Of a stretch of DNA of 64,000 nt, positions 25,641 to 33,726 are shown one piece after another. Made by a program: the position numbers and the translations under genes. The notes under the pieces are model-generated. The model was not told where the DNA came from. It saw only the letters and a list, made by a program, of their open reading frames with translations, and did not search any database. The stretch's first letter is position 1, and each line of letters opens with the position of its first letter. This DNA comes from an uncultured Chitinophaga sp. (GTDB taxonomy: Bacteria; Planctomycetota; Planctomycetia; Planctomycetales; Planctomycetaceae). The stretch is taken from the NCBI GenBank assembly GCA_964517865.1, contig CAZFDW010000001.1, positions 82-64,081 on the forward strand. The letters are read 5' to 3'.

Positions 25641-27050
25641 TCATTCTCTGCAGTCGGCCACTTCTGCTGTCAGATGAATCCTTTGCCACCGCCCCGACAG
25701 ATATCGAAACAGCATACAGATCCCGCTCAGCGAAATATGCGCCGTGCAGGTCAGCCACAGTGCCAGCACCGATGCATGTCTGGACTGAATAATGATCAAT
25801 GCCGGTACGACCATAATCAGCCAGCTCGAAAGCAGTGTAATCACCATTGGAAATATGGTATCCCCCGCCCCGCGGAGGGCGGACGAAAAGACAACCGCCA
25901 ACGAATCGAACACCGAATACGCAGCGACGAAATTGAGCAGATACGCGGCCGTTTTGGTGAGCGTTGCGATATCCGCACCGCCAATAGACTCAGGATTGGC
26001 CAGCAGAAAGAACGGGCGCAACAGCCATTCGGGGAACAACACCAGGATGGCTCCCGTCGTTCCGGTCCACAGAACGCCCATGATTGCCGCGTTTCTTGTC
26101 GTTACCCGTGCCGCATCAATGCGACCCGCACCGATGTGGTGGCCGACTACCGTCTGAATGGCTGTCCCGAATCCCAGGAGTGGAACGAAAATCAAACCGT
26201 TAATACTGAAGGCGATATTTGTCGCAGCCAGAGCCTGGTTATTCAGGTTTCCGACAATCAGCAGAAACATCGTGAAACCGGAAATATCGACAAAATAATG
26301 CAGTCCGCTCGGGACTCCATATCGCAGGAACTGCTTCAGCAATCCAAGATCGACCGCACACATCGACCACAACGGCAGATCGTCGCGTCGCGCTTCGCGC
26401 AGAATACAGACGATATAGACGGCCAATTCAACGCACCGTGCGACCACGGTCCCGATCGCCGCACCGCGAATGCCCATTGCAGGAATCGGGCCGGCTCCGT
26501 AGGTGAGTATGTACGCGACGACACCGTTCACGATAACGGCTGTCATGCTGTTGAGCATCACAACCGTTGTCCGGCGGCGACCGCTGAAGAAACAACTCAA
26601 TGCCGTCCCCAGCATATGAATGGGAGCCCCAGCGCAGAGAATATTGAAATACTGAGCTTCCAGCTCGACGACATTCGGCGAATGCCCCGAAAGCGGCAGG
26701 AGTATACGACTGAGCGGTAAAAACATCAAAAGCAGGAACCCGCTGACGATCGCCAGCCAGACGGCCTGCCAGAATGAACTCACCATCCGATCCTTTTGCC
26801 CCGCACCGTCGAACTGCGAGATAAACGTGTTCGCGTAGAGCACCGTGCCCATCGGCACACAGACAATCGTCCAGTGCAGCATCGAAGCCGGAGTCACGGC
26901 CGCCAATGCGTCCTCCGAACAGCCCGCGAGAATGATGCGATCGGCAGCATTCATCAACGATTGCGTCCCCGCACTCAGCATCAGCGGCAACGCAACTCGT
27001 GTCAGCTCCCTGAGGTTACTGAAACTATCGGTTGGAGTCTCCCGCATCAC
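25641..27050 (-). CDS. MATE family efflux transporter
   Basis: 469 aa, about 12 TM helices, N-terminal ELTRVALPLMLSAGTQSLMNAADRIILAG typical of NorM/MATE. The start overlaps the U32 stop by 4 nt. Confidence 0.85.
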   Translation of the reverse strand: MMRETPTDSFSNLRELTRVALPLMLSAGTQSLMNAADRIILAGCSEDALAAVTPASMLHWTIVCVPMGTVLYANTFISQFDGAGQKDRMVSSFWQAVWLAIVSGFLLLMFLPLSRILLPLSGHSPNVVELEAQYFNILCAGAPIHMLGTALSCFFSGRRRTTVVMLNSMTAVIVNGVVAYILTYGAGPIPAMGIRGAAIGTVVARCVELAVYIVCILREARRDDLPLWSMCAVDLGLLKQFLRYGVPSGLHYFVDISGFTMFLLIVGNLNNQALAATNIAFSINGLIFVPLLGFGTAIQTVVGHHIGAGRIDAARVTTRNAAIMGVLWTGTTGAILVLFPEWLLRPFFLLANPESIGGADIATLTKTAAYLLNFVAAYSVFDSLAVVFSSALRGAGDTIFPMVITLLSSWLIMVVPALIIIQSRHASVLALWLTCTAHISLSGICMLFRYLSGRWQRIHLTAEVADCRE

Positions 27051-29551
27051 AGGATCGCCAGCGGATTGCGTCGGGATTCCAGCGTACCGCGCGTGACACC
27101 GACACGGTTCATTGCGTTCAGAGTTCTCCAGACATGTTCGCCGGAGACATCTCCCGTCAGCAACTGAGCGTACAGTGAATACAGTTTCCGGATCTGATCT
27201 GCATCATCGCGCAGCAGCTCAATCCGAAATCGACGCACACCAGACATCAGCAGGTCAGCGACGACCTCGGCTGAACTCTGCGCTACCGCATTGAATAACG
27301 TATTTCGGCAGCCAACGTCCGCCACCAGTGGATGATCAACACCCGTCCGATCCCGCAGTTCGACCTGATGAAAATCGCACGGTCGTCCGCAATTCGTCTT
27401 GTTCGTGCCCGGCGACAGCATCGCGCAGAACACGCAATGCTCCATGTGAAACATCGGCATGTGCTGATGCACGACAACTTCCAGCCACTGCGGCGGGACC
27501 GACTGCACAAGTTCCATCAACTGATCACGATTCAAATCGTATGACGGCGTCAGCCATTGCAGCTTCTGCTCCATCAGGAACGCAGCTGTCAGTTCGTTGG
27601 TAACATTCAGAGAGTAATCGCCAACGAGCGGAACGCCGTGATCGTGAAAGAACGCCAGCCCGCTGAGATTTCGCACCAGGACTCCGTCTGGCTGATGTTT
27701 CAACATGGCTCGAAACAGTCCCATTTCATCGGGCTTCTGAATGCGCGGTGTTGCCAGCAGCATCGTCTGATCAGATCCGCGTGCAATCTCAACCGCGTCC
27801 CGGTATTCGCGAATGTCCTGAAAGTCGGCGATCAGGCGATCGACTTTCAACTCGACACAGGCACGCACCTGATCCAGTGTTCGGCACAGCACAGTCAGCA
27901 GCGGCGCAGTCGTCGGAGTTTCACGAATTGGCAGCTGATGCCGAAGCCGAACCAGCGCGTTATCGCGGCAGAGCACAACTTCCGGCATCGGCAGCGAACG
28001 ATCAAGCTGCTCAACCATCTGTTTCCGCATCTTCCCGAGCACACTCAGCGGCACCATCGGCGTACCGACAATTGTCGCCGTCAGATCGAAAAGTTCGAAG
28101 ACTGTGCCGCCAAGTCGCGACAGCTGCTCACGCAAGACTTCAGCCGTAATCGCGTGCTTTTGAGCGACCTCAAGCGATTGTTCCGATTCAACCCGACACT
28201 CACAGCCGTTCTTCGCAACGCCCTCAACAAGCAAAGGGCGACCCGGCTCCGCATGAACCGTCAGTATCAACGGCACGCGGCGTTGGGGATCTGCAGTTTC
28301 ATATGTTCGCCGCAGTTGCTGTGTCAGTCGCGGATCGTCGGTCTTCCATACCCTTTGTCCGGCGTACAATCGGCTGAGATTGATATTGCTGCGATCAAAT
28401 GTGAGGTCAACCATGCCGGAATCGACGGATTCACTGATGGGCGTACGTCCCTGAAACACCTGAAATACGCGACCGCCCTGTTCATCAGCGTTGGCTCGAT
28501 CGCCGTCAAACACGACGCCGTCGCCCGCCTGAACTGCATACTCCAGTTGCACAGTCACGCGATCAAAACGCACGGTTTCAATGCGTCCCAGCAATACGCC
28601 GCGTTTCGCGGAACTTGTTGCCGGAACGAGCATCTTATGATCGCACCCCTGAAGCCAGCCCGGTGAGAAGCCGCGTGAAAACGACTGTTCCATCTGCTGA
28701 ATCTGCCGGCGGGTAAACTGCACCGGATGTCCAGCCACAGCGCTGTCGATCGCTTCGCGATAGTGCCGCGTGATGTTCGCCACGTACTCAGGCGTTTTCA
28801 GCCGCCCCTCGATTTTGAAGCATCGCACGCCAGCCTCAATCAATTGTGGCGTCAGTGCGAATGCAGCCAGATCCTGTGGACTGAGCAGATACTTCTGATC
28901 GCCGAAGTCACGCAATTCGCCGTCGCATAACAGTTCATAGGGCAATCGACACGCCTGAGCACACTGACCACGATTCGCGCTGCGACCACCGAGAGATTCG
29001 CTGGTCAGACACTGACCGGAATATGCCACGCACAGTGCTCCATGCACAAACGCTTCCAGTTCAATTTTCGTCGCAGCGTGAATCTGCCGAATCTCATCGA
29101 TCGAAAGCTCACGCGGGAGCACGACACGCTGAATGCCAAGCTGCTCCGCGACGGCAATACATTCGGCACTTGTCAGCGTCATCTGTGTCGATGCATGAAT
29201 TGCGAGGTCGTGCGTGATCTCACGAATCATTCTGGCCACGCCCAGATCCTGAACGAGTACGGCATCGACCGGTGCCAGTGCGAGGCGTCGAATAATGGTC
29301 TGCAACTGAGGCAGCTCGTCCGAAAACGCAAGTGTGTTCAGCGTGACATAGCCTTTGACACCGCGTCGATGCAGAAACTGCATGATGTCAGCGATGTTGT
29401 TCAGATCAAAATTTGTGGCTCGGGCGCGAGCGTTGAATCCATCTTCCAGGCCAAAGTAGACCGCATCCGCACCATTTTCCACCGCCGCACGAATGCAGTC
29501 CCAATCTCCAGCCGGAGCGAGCAATTCAGGTGCGGGATTTCTCGTATTCAT
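27047..29551 (-). CDS. Peptidase U32 family protein (long YegQ-like form)
   Basis: N-terminal ELLAPAGDWDCIRAAVENGADAVYFG and GALCVAYSGQCL Cys-rich motifs typical of U32; 834 aa. Confidence 0.85.
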   Translation of the reverse strand: MNTRNPAPELLAPAGDWDCIRAAVENGADAVYFGLEDGFNARARATNFDLNNIADIMQFLHRRGVKGYVTLNTLAFSDELPQLQTIIRRLALAPVDAVLVQDLGVARMIREITHDLAIHASTQMTLTSAECIAVAEQLGIQRVVLPRELSIDEIRQIHAATKIELEAFVHGALCVAYSGQCLTSESLGGRSANRGQCAQACRLPYELLCDGELRDFGDQKYLLSPQDLAAFALTPQLIEAGVRCFKIEGRLKTPEYVANITRHYREAIDSAVAGHPVQFTRRQIQQMEQSFSRGFSPGWLQGCDHKMLVPATSSAKRGVLLGRIETVRFDRVTVQLEYAVQAGDGVVFDGDRANADEQGGRVFQVFQGRTPISESVDSGMVDLTFDRSNINLSRLYAGQRVWKTDDPRLTQQLRRTYETADPQRRVPLILTVHAEPGRPLLVEGVAKNGCECRVESEQSLEVAQKHAITAEVLREQLSRLGGTVFELFDLTATIVGTPMVPLSVLGKMRKQMVEQLDRSLPMPEVVLCRDNALVRLRHQLPIRETPTTAPLLTVLCRTLDQVRACVELKVDRLIADFQDIREYRDAVEIARGSDQTMLLATPRIQKPDEMGLFRAMLKHQPDGVLVRNLSGLAFFHDHGVPLVGDYSLNVTNELTAAFLMEQKLQWLTPSYDLNRDQLMELVQSVPPQWLEVVVHQHMPMFHMEHCVFCAMLSPGTNKTNCGRPCDFHQVELRDRTGVDHPLVADVGCRNTLFNAVAQSSAEVVADLLMSGVRRFRIELLRDDADQIRKLYSLYAQLLTGDVSGEHVWRTLNAMNRVGVTRGTLESRRNPLAIL

Positions 29552-29963
29552 GAAGTTTTCAAGTCGATTGGAAGGGCGATGCAGCTCAAGAGCAATATGG
29601 CAGAATCATACCATTCTGTCGTCACAATGGCACGGCACCGGGATTTCGCCTCATTGCCAGGCGTTGTTTCGATATTTCAAAGAAGGGCACCCTTGTCAGA
29701 GTGCGAGCCCATTTTTATACACGGACCGGTGGTGGCGCTTTGCTTACCACCGGCTAATTTCTTAAACCCCTTCGCGGTGAAACATAAGAAGCAATACGAA
29801 AACCAACAAATGACAAAATCTGATTCCGAATGAACTCTCGCACACGATTCGTCGGTAAACCCTGTAACGATGGCAACAGTTTTTGGAAGGTGTTCGCGGA
29901 GGTGTCCATTTACAATCAAGTCGCATGGTCTGCCGAAAATGTTTCTACCACGTGATATGCTCT

Positions 29964-30245
29964 TCAATCAGCCCACGCCTCCTGTGTGCCTTTTTGAAAT
30001 ACCTCGTCGATACCAAAGTTAAATTTGTCAGAACCTTTCTTCGCCCACACCTGCAAAGCCAGATCTTCACGTCCTTTTATCAACTCCGTTTTTTTCAGAA
30101 TGTTTGTAGTAACCTGAACGGCCTGATCGTAGGTCAGATAAATGTTGAGGCTCGTCTCACCTACATAAATCGCATTGGTGTGAATCGGAAGTTGACCCTG
30201 TTTTTTGTGGTCCTTCAACGATGGTACTGGTTTGCGTTTAGCCAT
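29964..30245 (-). CDS. Hypothetical protein (93 aa) in the AT-richer islet
   Basis: ORF is translationally coupled (TAATG) to the upstream small ORF. No family recognised. Confidence 0.4.
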   Translation of the reverse strand: MAKRKPVPSLKDHKKQGQLPIHTNAIYVGETSLNIYLTYDQAVQVTTNILKKTELIKGREDLALQVWAKKGSDKFNFGIDEVFQKGTQEAWAD

Positions 30246-30505
30246 TAAAATGGTCCTTGAATGTCAGTCCTTCCCCCATCAACTTCTCCGCTGCGATGTC
30301 GCTGAAGGTCAATTCTTACATTGCGGAGGGACTTGATCTGCACTGCGAGAACGCCGACCTGTTTCAAGAACCGTTGGAGGAGCATTGGGCACTGCTGAAA
30401 GGTGTAGCCCAAGGCAAATGTCAACGCATTTTCATCAGTGCCGAGCAGCCCGAATGGCGTCGTCACTGAACGCTTGTTGATATGAAGAGAAAGCGAACTG
30501 TTCAT
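30245..30505 (-). CDS. Hypothetical protein (~86 aa from ATG 30505; the ORF is open to 30604)
   Basis: MNSSLSLHINKRS...GLLGTDENALTFALGYTF...GGRTDIQGPF. The AT-rich part starts at 30505. The stop overlaps the next ATG. No family recognised. Confidence 0.35.
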   Translation of the reverse strand: MNSSLSLHINKRSVTTPFGLLGTDENALTFALGYTFQQCPMLLQRFLKQVGVLAVQIKSLRNVRIDLQRHRSGEVDGGRTDIQGPF

Positions 30506-30680
30506 CTTCTTAATTTCCAATGTTTGATTCCAGCCCGACCCGGCTGCGTCTTCCGCCGCGAAGGTTCGACACCTCGGTGCGAGTGAGATGCTGTAAGCTG
30601 ACATGTTGCAAAAGTGCTAACGCACGCAGGTTGCGAGACTAGATCTTCGAGGAATTCCGAGACAGCCGTGTGTCATTCCA

Positions 30681-31067
30681 TTACCAAAGTCGAGTGATCG
30701 GGTAGGCTCTGAATTCCTTGTCGGAACTAACGACAGTCATCTGCTCGACGATTGCCTGAGCAATGATCAGTCGATCAAATGGGTCCCGGTGATAATGTGG
30801 CAGAGAGCAAACCTCAGCGACATGTTTCGGCTCAATCGCCAGAATCTGGAATTGATTTCCGTCAATAGCGTTTCTGATGAACGTTTCGAACGGAACCGAG
30901 AGTGGATATTTCCCGATGCTGACTTTGATCGCCAGTTCCCAATAGCTGGCTGGACTGACAAAAACTTCGTTCTGCGAGTCGGCGATCACGCTGTCGGCGG
31001 TGCGGCTCAGCTGAGCGTCGTTCGTGGCGAACCACAGCAGAGCGTGTGTGTCGAGGAGCAGTTTCAA
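30681..31067 (-). CDS. vapC: Type II toxin, PIN-domain VapC family
   Basis: MKLLLDTHALLW..., SYWELAIK, DPFDRLIIAQA and VVSSD acidic PIN residues. 4-nt overlap with the upstream antitoxin. Confidence 0.9.
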   Translation of the reverse strand: MKLLLDTHALLWFATNDAQLSRTADSVIADSQNEVFVSPASYWELAIKVSIGKYPLSVPFETFIRNAIDGNQFQILAIEPKHVAEVCSLPHYHRDPFDRLIIAQAIVEQMTVVSSDKEFRAYPITRLW

Positions 31068-31294
31068 GGCATGTACTCCTCGAAGTCCTTCAGATGTTCA
31101 TCATCTTCGACAAGTATCGTGATCATGCCTTTGCAGTTGCCCGCTTTGCGGGTTGTGCGAACGGGTGATGCTGCCACCAACTTTGCCACGGGTTTGTGGT
31201 CCTTCACAATCACGACCTCGTCATCCGGCTGAAGTCCAGCGACCAGATCATTCAACGTAGTCTTGTCGATATCAATGTCGATGACCTTATTCAT
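31064..31294 (-). CDS. Type II antitoxin (Phd/YefM-like N-terminus) paired with VapC
   Basis: 76 aa; DLVAGLQPDDEVVIVKDHKPVAKLV pattern; overlaps the vapC start. Confidence 0.75.
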   Translation of the reverse strand: MNKVIDIDIDKTTLNDLVAGLQPDDEVVIVKDHKPVAKLVAASPVRTTRKAGNCKGMITILVEDDEHLKDFEEYMP

Positions 31295-31334
31295 GCCAAT
31301 GGGTCTCCTGCAACTTGTGGGATTTCAATTTGCC

Positions 31335-31574
31335 TCACGGCATGTACTCCTCAAAGTCCTTCAGATGATCATCATCCTCGGCAAGCACGGTCAGCTTTCC
31401 CTTCATCAACCCCGGTATGCGAGGCGGACGGAGTTTATCCGGCGAAACGATGCGAGCTGTTGCCTTCTGGTTCTGCACAATTAGTACCTCATCGTCCGGC
31501 TTCAATCCGGCGATCAGTTCGCCGAGAGTGGCTTGTGCCTCGTCCAGTTTCACAGTTTTCGTGATCATAGCCAC
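31335..31574 (-). CDS. Orphan paralog of the VapC antitoxin (no cognate toxin)
   Basis: 79 aa, collinear with 31064-31294. The C-terminal EDD[DE]HLKDFEEYMP is identical, and DNA similarity is visible (CATGTACTCCTC[AG]AAGTCCTTCAGATG). Confidence 0.7.
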   Translation of the reverse strand: MAMITKTVKLDEAQATLGELIAGLKPDDEVLIVQNQKATARIVSPDKLRPPRIPGLMKGKLTVLAEDDDHLKDFEEYMP

Positions 31575-31658
31575 TCCCTGGATCGTCCTTTGACTCGATT
31601 GTACTCAAACTGTTACAACTATTCTTCCGCACCCAATTCCAATTTGATTCGCACGAGT

Positions 31659-32225
31659 ATGACACCTATGCATCAAGCCCAGCACCTGACGGAAACAGAA
31701 ATTATGGCTGGTTTGGAGGAGGTAAGAAAGTCTCCGCAGGACAATGGCTCACTCAACGCCATCGTTATCCGACCGGCATCCGAAGAAAGGCTCAGTTTAC
31801 AGCAATGTCGTCTCAGTACCGAAGGAGGAACGGAAGGCGATGCGTGGGCACGTAGTTGTTGGTTGAAGCTCCCGGATGGCGGTCCTCATCCTGATGTTCA
31901 AATCTGCATCATGAATTCCCGGATGATCGATCTCGTGGCCGGGGAGAAAAATCGGTGGGAATTGGCTGGAGATAACCTGTTTGTTGATCTGGATCTCAGT
32001 CGAAACAACCTTCGAGCGGGCCAATTGTTGTCTATCGGCGAATGCGTCATTGAGATCACAGAGCAATCCCACAACGGTTGTGCCAAATTCAGCCATCGCT
32101 TTGGGGCTTCCGCTCTCAAAGTCGTAAATTCTCCGATCGGAAAGGAACTGCGACTCCGTGGAATCTACGCCAAAGTCATCAAGGCTGGCGATGTTCGAGT
32201 CGGGGATCAGATCACGAAGTTATGA
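31659..32225 (+). CDS. MOSC domain-containing protein
   Basis: GDNLFVDLDLS...LSIGECVIEITEQSHNGCAKF...GIYAKVIKAGDVRVGDQI follows the MOSC/YiiM layout. ATG 31659 was chosen within ORF 31533-32225. Confidence 0.7.
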   Translation: MTPMHQAQHLTETEIMAGLEEVRKSPQDNGSLNAIVIRPASEERLSLQQCRLSTEGGTEGDAWARSCWLKLPDGGPHPDVQICIMNSRMIDLVAGEKNRWELAGDNLFVDLDLSRNNLRAGQLLSIGECVIEITEQSHNGCAKFSHRFGASALKVVNSPIGKELRLRGIYAKVIKAGDVRVGDQITKL

Positions 32226-32270
32226 CCGCTAAAATCAGTTGACCTCGGTTTCGCGCTGACCATGTGTTGT

Positions 32271-32495
32271 TCATTTGCCGCGTAACCGAGCGGCGGCCAT
32301 AACTTCTGCATGTGTCCCTCCGACGACGATGCCTGAAGTCAGTTCCGCGTCCCGTCGAACTGCGTCACGAATTGCTTCTTCCGGGGCAATCTCCGGCAAT
32401 CCACAGTCGATGCTCTGCCACAATGTCTGGGCCAGTTCAATTCGCTGGGCCAAGGGGAGTGCCAGTGCTTCGGTGGTGAGTTGTTGAGTGGTCAT
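32271..32495 (-). CDS. Putative addiction-module antitoxin component (orphan)
   Basis: MTTQQLTTEALALPLAQRIELAQTLWQSI...PEEAIRDAVRRDAEL matches the small addiction-module-component family pattern. No toxin ORF is adjacent. Confidence 0.55.
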   Translation of the reverse strand: MTTQQLTTEALALPLAQRIELAQTLWQSIDCGLPEIAPEEAIRDAVRRDAELTSGIVVGGTHAEVMAAARLRGK

Positions 32496-32541
32496 CGTAT
32501 GGATCCGGAACGCCGTGATCGTCATCGACTTGCGCACACGT

Positions 32542-33531
32542 TTACATCTTCACTTTCACACAATAAAGCTCGCCGCCCGCTGTGATATACAGTGTTTCCG
32601 CATCATGCCCGGCCCCGAGGCAACAATTTGACGGCAGGGTGGGTGTCTTGAGAAAGGCCAACTCACTGCCGGTCGGACTGTAGACCCCGATACCGAATCG
32701 CTTTTCCGATCGCACGGCCGCGAAAATGCGTCCACTGGCATCGACCGTCATTCCGTCAATCCCATCTTCTTCTCCAAAATCCACGAGTGTCATTCGATGC
32801 GTCAACGTCCCGTCATGGGCGATGTTGAACGCTTCGAGTGTCATTCGCTTTTTTGACCCGCTTGGTGTATCCGGCAATCCGACGGAGCCATTGTCTGTGT
32901 TGGCGACGTAGATCGTCTTGCCATCCGGCGAAATACCAATCCCGTTCGGTTTCGATGTGAACTTTGTGGCGACGGTTGTAGCACCCGTCTTCGGATCGAA
33001 GCGGAACACCCACATTCCCGGCAGTGCCAATGGTTCAAAGCCAACGTAGCGCGGATCGCTGAAGTAGACACTGCCGTTCGGATGAATTGCCAGATCGTTC
33101 GGTGAGTTGAACGGCTTCTTTTCAAACAACTCGGAGACACCACGTACCAGTCCGTCTTCCGTCACTTCGCACAACGCTCGAAGGCCACCGTTGGCTCCGC
33201 AACATGCGAGCATCCTGTCTCCGGAATCGAATTCCAGGCCATTACTCTTGCTGCTGTTTGCGCAGAGAACCTCTGTTCTTCGGGTCGCTGGATTGAAAAC
33301 CAGGATCCGACCGGGCGTCACTGGATCGCTGGGAATATCGCTGAAGAAAACCATACCGTCCGACCTCGCCGCAACTCCTTCCGTAAATTCACCGCCGTTC
33401 CAGAGCAGTTCCGGTTCTGCATCGATGGCAAAAACGCCGTCGTCGGCGTGCATTGAAGAACTCGTAGCCGAGATCAACGCGATGCTGATAATGCTGATAC
33501 AAAATGACTGGACGCAGAATGGTCGCAACAT
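32542..33531 (-). CDS. SMP-30/gluconolactonase/LRE family protein, secreted
   Basis: Signal peptide MLRPFCVQSFCISIISIALISATSSSMHA from ATG 33531. Beta-propeller motifs: PNGIGISPDGKTIYVA, FNSPNDLAIHPNGSVYFSD. Confidence 0.8.
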   Translation of the reverse strand: MLRPFCVQSFCISIISIALISATSSSMHADDGVFAIDAEPELLWNGGEFTEGVAARSDGMVFFSDIPSDPVTPGRILVFNPATRRTEVLCANSSKSNGLEFDSGDRMLACCGANGGLRALCEVTEDGLVRGVSELFEKKPFNSPNDLAIHPNGSVYFSDPRYVGFEPLALPGMWVFRFDPKTGATTVATKFTSKPNGIGISPDGKTIYVANTDNGSVGLPDTPSGSKKRMTLEAFNIAHDGTLTHRMTLVDFGEEDGIDGMTVDASGRIFAAVRSEKRFGIGVYSPTGSELAFLKTPTLPSNCCLGAGHDAETLYITAGGELYCVKVKM

Positions 33532-33726
33532 CAAAAATCTCCGTGAGCGGATTGATGCGGGTACGAAGTCGGTGCGGATAGTGTAAACTCTGTGCAGGAT
33601 TTTTTCTCTGGTCGGCTTGTTCCTGAACATCACTCTTTCATTTCGGTGGTGGGCCGGCGCTCGCAAAGCTCGCTGGTCCCACCCTACGACATCGTATCGT
33701 TCGCCCCACAGAATGACAGGTCTTTC

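Noticed and set aside
25638-26720. 360-aa plus-strand ORF
   Set aside because: It lies entirely antisense to the MATE transporter gene. Its translation is R/Q/H-rich low complexity with no motifs. This is a typical shadow ORF.
27557-28666. 369-aa plus-strand ORF
   Set aside because: It is antisense to the well-supported U32 gene. The composition is not protein-like (R/Q/H/N-rich) and no motifs are present.
29552-29963. Searched for a tRNA, att site or integrase remnant at the islet boundary
   Set aside because: There is no cloverleaf-compatible sequence or GGTTCGAATCC-type T-arm, and no integrase-like ORF. Only a short hairpin is present at about 29718-29753.
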